Shown here: positions 38,732 through 52,899 of the stretch, in pieces
Layout of the letters: every line of letters starts with the position of its first letter
Position numbering within the stretch: position 1 is the first letter of the stretch
DNA from: Paraspadella gotoi
Lineage: Eukaryota > Animalia > Chaetognatha
Direction: 5' to 3'
Assembly (NCBI GenBank): GCA_051294375.1
Contig: CM119266.1
Location: 8,518,606 to 8,582,605, forward strand
DNA length: 64,000 nt
Made by a program: the position numbers and the translations under genes
Notes under the pieces: model-generated
Told to the model about the DNA's origin: nothing
Seen by the model: the letters and a program-made list of their open reading frames with translations, nothing else
Database searches by the model: none

Positions 38732-40697
38732 CTATATGGACCCCAAAAATCGTTGGACTTACCCCAGGGACAGGCTCAAAGCAATTACCCCAGGGACATA
38801 CCCAAGGGACTCCATCGCACGAGGGGAGTTCGATCGCTGGACGGAGCCGTGGAGGAGGCCAAAGGGAAGGAGGAAGAGGAGGAGGAGGAAGAGAACGAGG
38901 TGTTCGGAGTCTTGGCCGACATTTCCGCCTACAGACGGGTCATGGGAAACGGGAGTAAGGAAGGAAGTCTGGACAGGGAGGAGAAAGAAGAGGAAGAGGA
39001 GAAAGGAAAGGAGAAGGCGAAGAAGACGAAGATGAAGTCTTGAAAATATTACGAATTAATTATGAGTAGTTTTGAAAAAAAAAAAAAAGAATTCCACGAT
39101 ACAACTGTATGAAATTGGTACAACCAATATATATTACAATATATATTACAGAGGCTCACTGTTTTGGGCAGTTTTGGGATAAAGAGACATCATAATCGTT
39201 TGGAACGCCGTTCGGCAACGGAATCGAAAGTTTTGGGGGATGGCATCATGATTTGAAGATGCGTTTAGACCCGTGGTGTTTATTGCGAAAGTCGGGCAAG
39301 GTCTCAATTTGAAAATTGTTCCATTTAGTAAAAGAGCGACGTGCTAAATATAGCAGGTATTTTTGGTTGGTTTTTTTTTTCGTGGTAACAAATGTGACTT
39401 TGAATGAAGTCTCAAAATTTGATGGGAAAATATAAACTTTATAAGGTGTTTAAAATTTGATGGGTTTGTTAATTTTTATTCTATTGATTTTAAATTATTT
39501 TTACCAAAATGTAGTAAATTTTTATTTTGGGTTTACTAGGCAAACACATTCCATGAGTTTATTATAATTAATATTGAGAATAGTTTTTGGTTAAGAAACT
39601 TGTTTCATACAATAAAGTTAAATTAGTACTATCACTTGAAGATTTTCTATATGTGAGGATACCAGTAAGAAAGTGGTATCTTGGATTTCTGCAGTATTTG
39701 TAGGTCAAAATATTAAATGAAACGTTCCTATAAGGAACTTCATATGTTCTCTTTCACTGTTTGTAATCATTGTGTAATGTGTATAGGCTGCTGTATAGGT
39801 TGATTCGATCCATATATATATATCTATTTACATAGTGCAAAATTAGTGTTTCATTTCAGATTTCATTAAGATTTTACAACCAATTGAATTTGATCAATAG
39901 AGTCATGTAGTTTATTAAAGTTTTTTTGCACTTAACCAATTGGATATTTTACTTGATGCTATCATAATATCTTTATTATTGATTTATTTTTTGGAAGCTT
40001 GACTTTGTAAATACAAAAGTTTTTATACTCATTGCCAATATTTCTGAATAAATCGCCATTTTGATCTCCAATGATTTTATGCTCTTTTTAAGAACACTCC
40101 ATAAGAAAATTAATTTAATCAGTGATACAAATTTATTTGTTTGTTGTAAGACAATTGTTATGAGAATATACTAAATCTAAAGTTAAAAAAGCTTTTGACA
40201 AATAGTTAAAAATCTTAAAAGTATAGTGATCTCGCCAGACGGTACTATCAACGAAACTTATGAAAAAATTTGGAAAAAAAAACGAATGATTGATGCGATA
40301 ACGAATTATTAATGTGATTGTAATTGATAATTGATGCAATAATAATGAATTATTGATGCGATGATAACGAATTATTGATGCTGGGCTATAAGTCTTTATG
40401 AAAAGAATAAAGAAATGAAAGAAAGATTTATGATGTCAATTTTTTATAAAAATCTGGCTAGCTTGGTCTCACATTCAAAAATTGTTAATATTGATTAAAT
40501 ATTTGACCACTTTGTTTATTATGCTTATCTAAATGGAAGAAGAAAGACGAGGAAGTGTGCTTAGGAGAAGGTCTCCTTTAACTTGCTGCTTCGAGCAGGA
40601 CAAAGTTAAATAGAGACAAAACTTAACATCCAGGACTGTCTGAACGATTTGAGATACAATAATAAAATTATTATAATTTGTAGGCTTACTTTAATAT

Positions 40698-42311
40698 AAG
40701 TATCGGAAGGCAGATAATACAATACTGGCCGTGAGAAAGGACCTCATTGAGGACCTACTAAACCATTTGAACAGTAAACATGCAAGCATCAAGTGGACAT
40801 GTGGCCGCCGAGCTTGAGCACGTCAAAAGAGCCTTGGCGCTCAATAATTACCCTCTGTGGGCTTTCGAGAAGGCAAGGTATCGGCAGAAACCGGCTGAGG
40901 GCAGTGGCCACCAGGGGGCTACCCAAGTAACCGCTGACGTTGGCACATCTTACCCCCAGGAGGATGGTTGGGATCTTGCTGCCGAAGTGCCAACCGCGCC
41001 CACCACAGCGCAAATGGAAGATAGGCAGAAGCGTCCCAAGAACGTGGGCCACTTGTCCCTCCCCTACCACAGGGGATCACTGAGTCATTGGTGCGGGTGC
41101 TAGCAAAGCAGGGGATCTCCACCTCAGTGACGGCCCGCGGCTCTCTTCGTGAGCAATTGGTGAAACCGAAAGACAAAATCCCCAGACCAAAAACATCAGG
41201 AGCCGTCTATTGGGCGGCCTGTGCAGGTGCGGGCAACCAACCCTGTGCAGCAGCATATGTGGGCGAGACAGGCAAGTCTCTCTCAGACCATTTCCAACAG
41301 CACGTAAGACCCTACAGAGACGCTCGTGGGCATATCATGTCCGCTATAGCAGAGCACGCAACGCTCAGTGGTCATCAATTCAGAGAGAAGACTGTCTCGT
41401 GCTGTCCCATGACCCAAAATGGTTCTAAGAGGTATTAGAGAGGCGATTTACATCAAGGCCCTCGAACCTTCTTTGAATCGTGATGGAGGACGATTCGACC
41501 TCCCTCCAAACTATGATTCGCTTATCAAAAAAGTGGTGCAACGTCCCACACCACCGCAGCCGCACAATGACTCCCCTGTTTCTACTCAACGAATCAGGCG
41601 GAGACCTTCGGTCATAGATGGGCATCTGATGCCTCCGAATCTCCTGCAGCAACTCGGTCTCTTTCTCTGAGGCTTGAGCGTCATCCCAAACGACGGCTGC
41701 AGGAGGATGAAGAGGGTCCACCGTCCCTGCAAAAGTGGCAAGAGTGGATACTCGCCCGCCTCACCGTCAGGTGAGAAGAGGGCCGTCGGCAGGCATATCA
41801 GGCCAGAGGGACATTTAGGGTAGCTCTGGTCTCTTTCCTCAGGGATCGTTGCCGAGCCAGCAAACTTGAGATCAACCCCACTGTCCTCTCAGCCTATGAC
41901 GCGCCAATGACCGGCACCATCAGCCATGCCTTTCCTTCATAAGACCTGGGGGGGGGCTTGCTCATTTTGAGCTCTTTCATACATCTTATATTTCACTAAA
42001 ATCTTACTTATCTATCCCTCTGAATTAACTCTTATATTTCAAATTTCATTCATTTCAATTTTTCAAACTCAAAATTAATTTATGCAATTTTGTTATTAGA
42101 CACAACAAATCAAGTTTGTTTAATTTTATCTTTGTTGTACATTGCTCAAATGTAATTGTTTATTTATTTTCTCTCTCTCTCTCTCTCTCTCTCTACCTTC
42201 CACCAAATTTCATTTCTTCACAACTTATTCTATCTAGCCTAAACTAAATCTATCCTCTAAACTAACCACTAATCTCTCTTAATTCTTTGTTGGAAACTTT
42301 AACCTTTTCTG

Positions 42312-42346
<35 letters not shown>

Positions 42347-42470
42347 TTCTTTAACTCACAAATTGTCCCATTATTCACAACTGTCAAAAGCGCTGATGAA
42401 GACTCGAAAATCTCTGAGTCGAAACATGTCTGCAACTTATTAATAATAAAATCGTTGTAACAATTCAAAA
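40698..42470 (+). mobile_element. Penelope-like retroelement, 5'-truncated and internally deleted, with 3' pseudo-LTR
   Basis: YRKADNTILAVRKDLIEDLLNHLNSKHASIKW (RT); SGAVYWAACAG...CAAAYVGETGKSL...QQH and IREAIYIKALEPSLNRDGG (GIY-YIG). Confidence 0.92.
42390..42433 (+). ncRNA. Minimal type I hammerhead ribozyme (PLE-associated)
   Basis: GCG CTGATGA A GACTC-gaaaatctct-GAGTC GAAAC AT GTC TGC; palindromic ACATGT stem III as in PLE hammerheads. Confidence 0.85.
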
Positions 42471-43643
42471 TTCCTTGTAAATATACAATGAAAAAAAATT
42501 TTAAGCAACTACAAGGCGTCATGGATATTTTCAAAACATTTAGTCGTTTTTATGCGCGCGCATTATATAATATGATAAAATATGATAAAATCTATACTTG
42601 TTAATATTTTTCAGTGGTCGTTTCTTAACATGACAGTGTTCATTGTTGTTGTTGTTGCAACACTATCGTGATAATTGGAATAAAATCGCTAATTATTCGC
42701 CGTATGCTTTCCAATAACAACAATGTTTTTCTGATAGCTTTTTATTACTAATGAGTACTTCGGTAATTAACATTTAACACCTATAAACAGAAAAAAGTAA
42801 AAAGGATGTAACCGGTGATCGTTGCAAAGAGTTACAAAATTTATGAACTATGTCAATAAAGGAGTTAATGTTTTTGATGATAATACTCATACATTTTGCA
42901 TACTATACTTTTTAAATTTAACTAAGTTTTGATTGGTTGTCACTACGTGAAACATTAAAAGGTAAAAAAATCAAAAGTTGATCAACAAAGATGATTAGTT
43001 AATACTAAAGACTTATAAGAATTATGTAAAAATTGATCGATCTAAAAATGCCAGACTGCATAATTTAGGGTGAAGAGACTCTGAGATATTGCTACAGGTA
43101 ATGTTACAATTGAGAAAAATCATACTGTAAATTTACTAAAAACAATTCAATGCTGTTTTATAAATAGTCTTTTCCCCCAAAACCTTGGAAAACAAATTAT
43201 TTAAATATACTAGAACTGTAAAAAAGGTGAATATAAATTTAAACTAAAAGATAAGAATGAAATCACAAAACAATTACAGTGAATAAATAAGACTGTGAGA
43301 GAGTCTTGATTGAAAGCTTGCAGAAACCTGCTATGTTATTATCTTGTAAGTGTGATGGAGGCCTTAAACCACCAAAGCCTGTCCAAAGTCAGGGACAAGA
43401 TAGCTAATTTATTAAATGAATGGATAATTTTTATATTGGTTGTACCAATTTCATAGGAAAAGTGAGCATTGAAAATACTAAAAGTAATACAATCGATATC
43501 TTTAACACATATTTACTTTAACAATACACACAATCTCATTGCTATCTTTTTTTATATATTTTTGTTGTTAACGAACAAGCACGATACCTTTAAAAATATT
43601 TTTACCAACCATTTTATAAGCACTTCTATTAGGTTTTTAATTG

Positions 43644-46052
43644 TTAAATGTGCGAAAGTATTACGAGAGCAGGAAATATTAAAAAAATCATACAGGAAAT
43701 GTTGGCATAATCAGTAAATTGTCCATCGACATATTCCGTGTAATTGTAAACAAAAGGATAGATCTTTGTCCTAAAGAGTTCCGCATATGTTGAGCAAGAA
43801 GCAAAGCTTCGTGGCATTTTACAGCATTTCAGCATTCGGTCTAGAGTCTTATTAACCTCATAATCACCTTTTCTGGGTTATTTTTCCATTTTTTTGTTTT
43901 CTTATCAATGTTTTGATAACATCTTTGTTACCTCAGGAGACCTCCCTTCATATTTTTCATTGAGACACAAAAAAAGGCAGGTGTAAAAGGTTAAGCCAAT
44001 AATTAATAAAATATGTTTTTTTAAATATTCTCTTTGTACTGTCTTTGCTTTCAAGAAAAAAATATATTAAAAAAGGTAAAATAGATAAAGAGTAAAGAAA
44101 AAAGAAATTTTCATTAAAAAAAAGTACGAAAAAAATGCTTTTTGTTCTATCCCAAGGAAAAGATAAAATTTGACCTCGATAAGGGCTGCCTATCCCACAA
44201 ATGTTTACTGCCAACTTTTTTAAATTTGTTTTAATTAAGTTTCCTGAATAGAAGAATAGACTTGGAGTGGTAACACCATGGAAAAAACCAAGGATAACCC
44301 AAAAAATAAACTCTTTGGTAATTTCAACATTTTATTTTTAAAAGTTTTTGTAAATTGACTAAAAAAAATAAAGATGTCATTAATAAAAAAAAGTTTGAAA
44401 ATAACTTACTGATGTCTCTGTAATTGTCTCCAAATAATGTTCGTTCTGAATGATAATAGTAATAATTGACATCTGAAACATTAAATTTTAATATCAGTTA
44501 TTCCGCTAAGCAATAATATTGTCATAAAAAACATCATGGATTTCAAAAACTAAAAACCATCTCAAGAATTGTCCCGTAAAAAGCAAAAGCAGAAAAATGT
44601 CGAGAAAGCTAACTAAAATTTCACTTAACAGAAGGATGCATGTCATTGTCTGAGAAATTAAAAAGATGGACCAATTTCCAATGTATAAATTTACTTTAGA
44701 ATATTTTATTTTAATATTATTTGGTTTTTTAAATTTCTTTTTTAAAAAATAAATCCTAAACATATTTGACCATTCTGTGATGTTTTCATTTTTAACAGAG
44801 ATGTGTAATAGCTTTCGTTGAAAATAATTTGAAGCATCAAACATAAGTTTTACTTCAGAGTGAACTGAAAAGTGGTAATTGTGATTGGCCAAGCCCCATT
44901 TCGTTCTCATTTCACTGACTCGATTCAATTTTAACTGACTTATATAAAATTGATTGAAGGAAATGAGGAAAAAGTTGAAAAAAACCATCAAAAACCGTTG
45001 AATCCAATCGTTGTTTCTCTCGCGTTTTCTTGATTTAGCGAGAAAACGCATATCTGACCAAGTAATGACTCTCAATAACAAAAATGGAGCCGCTAATATG
45101 TACCATAAGGCCGACTCCAATGTCAATGAATAAATAAAGTAAAGGCCAAATGAGAGGCCGACTATTCCGTGAAGGCATCCTATAACATGGCTGATTGGCT
45201 CGAATCTCCTGTACTTAGGCTCAAAATCGATCCTGGATGATCTAATCTTTGATGCTGTAATGGCTACAGATGAGGTCGATATTGCAGCAGAAATCAGCAT
45301 AAAATACTCAGTAATTTTCCAGCGGCAAAAATACTGAAAACCATTGAAACGCCTGAAAAACAATTGGCATAAATAGTCCTATAAAATTAGCAACAATATA
45401 TTTGCTTTTTTTGTTTCTATCCAAGTTTTATACTTTATATTTACCTCCATACCAAGTTGCATGTACAATTTGTTTGAGTATCGAAAGCAGTCAAATTTTC
45501 CAATTGATGAAATAAATGCCCATTTAGTTGATACGTTGAACCATCTGGTTTAAAGAATGTCCAATCAGGAAAACACTGCCACTTGTTTTTGAAAGTCATC
45601 GTAAAAACAGTTACCGCTGTTTGAACCAACATTTGTAAAAAGGATTCTACAAACACATGTATTATGTTCATATTAAAATGAAGTTTTTCTTTCAATAATT
45701 GACTGCCAAGTTTTTGAGGACCATAGATGAGTGAAGGAGTATCTAAAAATATATCAATGGCCAAAACAACCGTGCCCATTCCACTCAGAATCGAAAAAAC
45801 AGTCAGCACTTTTTTCCAAATTGAGTTCCATAATCTGGGAAAGTTTTTACAATTTTTTATGATTTTGACCAATCCGTATATCATTGATACAGAGTTGTGA
45901 AGCAAAAAAATAGTCAAAAATATCCAACCAAATGTTTCAATCACATATTCAGAAGATACAACATGACTAATAATAGTTTTTAAATCAGTTGCAAAATCTA
46001 CGAAGCTTAGAATAGTAGAGAAAATAACCTCAATAAGTTTGGTGTCCACCAT
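43644..46052 (-). CDS. XK-related (Xkr-like) multi-pass membrane protein, copy 1, with frameshifts (pseudogene or sequencing errors)
   Basis: N-terminal FVDFATDL and HVFVESFLQMLVQ resemble the XK motifs DxxTD and ESxPQxxLQ. Intron 45353-45444. Several homopolymer frameshifts in exon 2. Confidence 0.6.
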
Positions 46053-48555
46053 TTTTTTGAAAGTAAAATAAAATCACATTACAAAAACTTTAGTCTAGTT
46101 TTTGTTTACATTAAAGTTTTGTTGTTCTTGTTAAAATATATTGTTAAAGAATTTAACAAAGACAATTTAAAAAATTATTCAATTTAAAATTAAACATTAC
46201 CTTTTTTGGAAATCAAAAAGACAATTTTGAAGCAAATAATCCAAGTGAGTCTGAAGTATATGAGTGGAGGAAAATCAAGCGATAAAGATATCGAGCAAGA
46301 AAGAGCAGGGAACAGGTAAAAGAGAGATAGAGAGAGAGACAAAGGAAGCGAGAGAGAGAGAGAGACCAAAGAAGCAATCGTGACAATTGGAATAAAATCG
46401 CTAATTTTTCGCCGTATGCTTTCCAATAAGGACAATGTTTTTCTGATAGCTTTTTATTGCTAATGTAATTAGATAATTAACTTCAATAAACAGAATGGAT
46501 GGATAGAACAGGCGATCGTCGCTAGTGGTTACGAAATTTGCAAACTACGTCAATAAAGGCGTCAATGATAATGATGATAATGATGATAATACTCATGATA
46601 GAAAATATGATGACACAGCATCATTTTATTTTGCTGACAATAATTAATACTTTTACGAAATAAGCATGAGGACGCGAAGAACTGAAGATACCTCCCTAAG
46701 CCTGGTTCCATAGCTTCTACAATCTACAGAGAGTTGAAAACTTTATGGATAGTTATTGAACAAATCACCTTCAACTTCTCTTCAACTCACAAATAAATGC
46801 AAAATGACATTGATCGAGCTGACACCGAAAAGCTCATATAAAATTGTAAAATTAGTTAGTTTGCTATATTAGACTATATGGGATAAAATTATAAAATGGG
46901 GCAGCTCTCCAAAATGTTTGTGGAAGGGCCAAACATTTCTCTACTCCTACCTTCGCCCAAATGAATAATAATGCCGTCAGTAAAACCCATCGATTCAAAT
47001 CAATTTACCCAAACCGTCCGAGAGAGAAACCAGATCAGGCAGCAACTGCAGTACCAAGTAAGCGTGAGAAAAACAGTTAATTTACAAAATTTTAATCATT
47101 GGTTAAAATTCTAAAATTTAACCAGTCAACCGTTAAAATCAGTTAATTTTTCAACTATAATTATTTATGATAAAATGTGATTAAAATGTTAAACCGTGAA
47201 ATTAATACTTTGTTAAATGATAAACATTGAAATAAATGAAAGTAAAGGTGAAAATAGAAAGTTGATAGTTTATATTTTTTAGGAAAAAAATTATAAAAAT
47301 AGAAAACGAAGAAAGAGCTCTCTCCCTCTCTCCCATTGTCATATTTTGTGATATTTCACAAACCAAATTTGTGCTCAAAAAGGCTAACAACCTTGCCGAA
47401 ACATATGTTTTTTTAATTAAAATAAATTCGTGGTTTGAAGTTCAAAATTATTTTTCTCTTTTATTACATACATTATACTTATATAATCTAAAATAGTGGA
47501 GAAAAGTTTTGAGAAATAGTTGACAGCCTTGCAAAGGAAAACCATGGTAATTAGAGGAAACACAAATTCAAATTAGTAAACCAGTTAATTTTACCAAATT
47601 AACCGATCATTTAAAAAAAATATTTTTAACTGGTGATTAACCGTTAACCGTTAATCGATTAAAACGCCTAGTACCAAGCCTACGACGTCCCATGTCGGTT
47701 TCTGCCCTTTTCTTAAGACATTCCCTTTCTGTCTGTCTATGATTATAATCTCTGACTAATAATTTATTAATCAAAATTGTCAGTAAATAAATTAACTGAA
47801 TAAATATAGTATTTATGGATTTATTTGATAAGACAAACGGTGGTACCACGAAACAGAATATATTTTTAGGTGTTTATTAAGATGTTTATTTTTTATTGCT
47901 TAAAATGTTGAATATATATTATTTGCATCATACATGAGAGGGAGACTCTTACTAGCCAAATGAAAAACATCAAGAAAAAAATGATATATTTTGATTTAAA
48001 TATTATATTTTAATTTTGTTTATGCTTCCAAGTTTTGAAGCTTTACTATATAAATTTACTAAAAACAAGTTTAAACAAACAAAGCCGGATCTTCCTACGA
48101 TCATTAGCGGTAGGCAGCTGATCAGATAATTTTTTTATTTGTGTCAAAATCTTTTTACGCTTTGTCTCGCCTCTCAATTATAAAACAACAATCTCGATCA
48201 CAAAATTAATTAATTACAATTACAATACAAAAATTCAATGATGTTTTATAAATAGGCTCTTCCCCCCCAAAGAAAATGAACCTTGGAAAACAAATTATCT
48301 AAATATACTAGTAATGTAAGAAAGGTGAATATAAATTTGAACTAATGAAATCACAAAACAATTACATGGAAAGGTGAACATTGCAAATTCAAATAGTAAT
48401 GCAACCGATATCTTTAACTCATAGTTACTTTAACAATACACACGATGACATTGCTATTTTTTTTAAATATTTTTGTTCTTAATGTACAAGAACAATACCT
48501 TTAAAAATATTTTTTACCAACCATTTTATATGCACTTCTATTAGGTTTTTAATTG

Positions 48556-50974
48556 TTAAATGTTCGAAAGTATTACGAGAGCAGGAAATATTAAAAAAAT
48601 TAAGCAGGAAATGTTGGCATAATCAGTAAATTGTCCATCGACATATTCCGTGAAATTGTAAACGAAAGGATAGATCTTTGTCTTAAAGAATTCCGCATAC
48701 ATTGAACAAGAAGCAAAGCTCCGTGGCATTTTGCAGCATTTCAACATTCGGTCTAAGTGCCTCATCAATCTCATCATCAACTTTTCTTGGTTATTTTTCC
48801 ATCTGCTATTTCTTGTCAATGCTTTCGCTATCATCTTTGTTACTTCCGGTGACCTCCCTTCATTTTTTTCATTGAAAAACAAAAAAAGGCAGGTGTAAAA
48901 GGTCAAACCAATAAATAATAAAATATGTTTTTTTAAGAATTCTCTCCGTACTGTCTTGGCTTTCAAAGAAAAAAATATATTAAAAAAAGGTAAAATAGAT
49001 AAAGAGTAAAGAAAAAAGAAATTTTCATTAAAAAAAAAGTACGAAAAAAATGCTTTAATGGTTCTATCCCAAGGAAAAGATACAATTTGACCTCGATAAG
49101 GACTGCCTATCCCACAAATGTTTACTGCCAACTTTTTTAAATTTTGTTTAATTAAGTTTCCCTGAATAAAATAATAGACTTGGAGCGGTAACACCATGGA
49201 AAAAACCAAGGATAACCCAAAAAATAAACTCTTTAGTAATTTCCATTTTTTTATTTTTAAAAGCTTTTGAAAATTGATTAAAAAAATAATGATGTCATTA
49301 ATAAAAAAAAGTTGAAAATAACTTACTGATGTCTCTATAATTGTCTCCAAATAATGTTCGTTCTGAATGATAATAGTAATAATTGACATCTGAAACATTA
49401 AATTTAATATCAGTTATTCCACTAAGCAGTAATATTGCAATAAAAAACATCATGGATTCAAAAACTAAAAACCATCTCAAGAATTGTCCCGTAAAAATCA
49501 AAAGCAGGAATATGTCAAGAAAGCTAACTACCATTTCACTTAACAGAAGGACGCAAGTCATTGTCTGAGAAATTAAAAACATGGACCAATTTCCAATGTA
49601 TAAATTTACTTTATAATATTCTATTTTAACATTATTTGGTTTTTTAAATTTATTTTTTAAAAAATGATTCCTAAGCATATTTGACCATTCTGTGATGTTT
49701 TCATTTTTAACAGAGATGTGTAACAGCTTTCGGTGTAAATAATCTGAAGCATCAAACATAAGTTTTACTTCAGAGTGAACTGAAAAGTGATAATTGTAAT
49801 TGGCCAAGCCCCATTTCGTTTTCATTTCACTGACACGATTCAATTTTAAGTGACTTATATGAAAATTATTGAAGGAAATGATGAAAAAGTTGAAAAAAAT
49901 CATGCAAAACCTTTGAATCCAATCGTTGTTTCTTTCTTGTTTTCTTGATTTAGCGAGAAAACGCAGATCTGACCAAGTAATGACTCTCAATAATAAAAAT
50001 GGAGCCAATAATATGTACCATATGGCCGACCCCAATGTCAATGAATAAATAAAGTAAAGGCCAAGTGAGAGGCCAACTATTCCGTGAAGGCATCCTAGAG
50101 TGTGGCTGATTGGCACGAATCTCTTGTACTTAGTCTCAAAATTGACCCTTGATGATCTAATCTTTGATGCCGTAATGGCTACAGTTGTGGTCGATACTGC
50201 AGCAGAAATCAGCATAAAATACTCAATAATTTTCCAGCGGCAGAAATACTGAAGACCAGTGAAACGCCTAAAAAACAATTAGCAACAATATTTTTGCACT
50301 TTTTGGTTTTCTCCAAGTTTTATATTATATATATTATAGACTATATACTATTTATACTGTATTTACCTCCCAACCAAGTTGCATGTACAATTTGTTTGAG
50401 TTTCAAAAGCAGTTGAATTTTTCAATTGATGAAATAAATGTCCATTTAATTGATACGTTGAACCATCTGGACTAAAGAATGTCCAATCAGGAAAACATTG
50501 CCACTTGTTTTTGAAAGTCATCGTAAAAACAGTTACCCCTGTTTGAACCAACATTTGTAGAAAAGATTCTCCAAACACATGTATGATGTTCAAATTAAAA
50601 TGAATTTTTTCTTTCAATAATTGATTGCCAAGTTTTTGAGGGCTATAGATGAAAGAATGTGTATCAAAAAACATATCAATGGCCAAAACAACCGTGCCCA
50701 TTCCACTCAGAAGCAAAAAAACAGTCAGCACTTTTTTCCAAATTGAGTTCCATAATCTGGAAAAGTTTTTATAATTATTAATGATTTGGACCAATCCATA
50801 TATCATTGATACAAAGTTGTGAAGCAAAAAAATCATCAAAAATATCAAACCAAATGTTTCAATCCCATATTCAGAAGAAACAACATGACTGATAATAGTT
50901 TTTAAATCAGTCCCAAAATCCACGAGGCTTAGAATAGTAAAGAAAATAACCTCTATCAGTTTGGTGTCCACCAT
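48556..50974 (-). CDS. XK-related (Xkr-like) multi-pass membrane protein, copy 2, one apparent frameshift near 49405
   Basis: Close paralog of copy 1. Intron 50268-50366. ORFs 49298-50278 and 48556-49398 join if the two T bases present in copy 1 are restored. Confidence 0.65.
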
Positions 50975-51070
50975 TTTCCTGAAAGTAAAATAAAATCTCA
51001 TTACAAAAACTTTAGTCTCGATTTTGTTTTTATCCAAGTTTTTTTTTGTTTTTGGTGGAGTGGGACAAGG

Positions 51071-51228
51071 CTGGATCTGGTAATGATCCGGCTGGCGAAA
51101 TGGCAAGCGCCACTCGAATATCTCTTTGACCTGATAGGCCTGCCGAAGGCCCTCCTCTCACCTGACGGTGAGGCGGGCGGTTGCCTGTTCTAGCCTGTTT
51201 CGGGACAGGTGATACAGACTCCTCTCTC
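51071..51228 (-). mobile_element. Penelope-like element fragment (region downstream of GIY-YIG)
   Basis: Reverse complement aligns with ~28912-29067 and ~41710-41860. Confidence 0.7.
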
Positions 51229-51561
51229 GTTTTCTCTTCAATCACAAACAAACAACAAAAAAGAAAGACAAAAATACAATGTCTACCAAAATAATAAAAT
51301 AAAATAATAAAATAATTCTTTCTGTAAAGTATATAAAGTATATAAATATAAAGTTGAATGAGTTGGTGAAGATCGTTGACTTAAGGAGAAGAGGAGAGAA
51401 TCGGAAAGTGAGCATTTTCTGATCTTACTTAAAAGAAAACAAAAATTGATAATTAGGAAAAGTTTGCAAATTATTTAGCAAAATGCATTTTGCACTAATA
51501 ATGTTATTTTTTCTTCCTAATTGCTCTATGTTGCTAATGAACTAATAGTCGATTAATATGA

Positions 51562-51953
51562 AACAAGAACGGTAAGTCCAATGTGTTGCGCCGCAGTGAC
51601 TTTATTTTCACGTGCCTTTTCCTTTGATCACATGATATGACATGACATGACTAAAAAGCTTTCTTTGCCCATGTATTTATGACTTGTACTGCAGCAAAAT
51701 TCCGTCTTTTATTCCTTATATGTAGTTTTAAGAATTCCTTAGGGCGGCGCTAGTAGGCCCTTAGATATGAATTTTTTTTCGGTCTTATCAAATGAGCAAC
51801 CAACTATGAGCAAATTATATGCATTTTTAACATAAGTGGGACAGACCGACGGACAGATATACCGACGGACCGAACGACAGACCAACCGAAAAGTGACTTA
51901 TAGAGTTATAGACTTATAGAGTTGCTCCGCGAATACTTGCGGAGCAACTAAAA
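51562..51953 (+). mobile_element. Copy of the 30180 Helentron-like repeat
   Basis: Shares tgttgcg-cgca, gcggcgc-agtag, taagtgggacagaccgac and ttatagagttgc...gcaactaa. Confidence 0.6.
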
Positions 51954-52899
51954 ACAGAAATGTCATCCATTGCGAAATAGGATGAGGGTAGGGAGTGTAG
52001 ACGCTGATGGTGGCGGTGAAGGATGAAGTAGATTTTGATGCCGAAATCAATTAGGACAAAAATATTCCTGATAACGATATCACTTAAACCATATTTATCA
52101 GATAGAATTCTGACAATGACGACAAGGATAACAATAACGAATTACAAATATTCCTGATAACCATGACATTTTGCCTCTTTTGACCTTTCCTGCCAAGATA
52201 CATCCTGATATAAATTTTTTTTTTAAATTCAATACAAAACAATTTTTTTTTTTAAATTTGAAATTTAATTTTAAATACTCTTAAAGCCAATGAGTTAAAC
52301 TTTGTTAAATATTCTTGACTTTGACGATACAATCCTTGGCAAAAAGAAATGATATGCAGCTCTGACGTAAATGATCCAGATGAAGATAAACCCCCCTTTA
52401 ATACGAATAAAATATGATTAATATAAAAATTATCTTTTTATTTTCTTTATCTACTTTCTTGCACATTTTTTTTGCCAAAACAAAATTCAATGTTTGCTTC
52501 ATGAATTTATTTTTTATTACATAAGATAAACTGACACATTTGAAGTTCAATAATTGTTCGTTGTCATACAGATTATAATTTGGTTTAAAAAAAAAAAACT
52601 CAATGACAATCGCGCTTTAAATTTGACAGCTATTTAAAATAGTTCGATCATCGGTTTAAAACAATCAAGATTGGGTTAATCACGATAGCGAGTACTTTGT
52701 TTTAGTGAGTACGTTAATCACAGTGAAAAAAAGAGACAATAAGCTGTTGGCTGTTGAGTAGTGTAAAAATAAAAGACTCAATTAGTTTTGCGACAGCACA
52801 TTGTGTTTCTCAAACATTTTCGGTCCGTCAAAAACCGATGAGTAAATCGAATATCTATTTTTTTTTTTCATTCATTCACAACTCATTCACAACTCGCGT

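Noticed and set aside
50975-51106. N-terminal extension of XK-like copy 2 in the ORF track
   Set aside because: Derived from an inserted PLE fragment and absent in copy 1; the shared start is MVDTKL.
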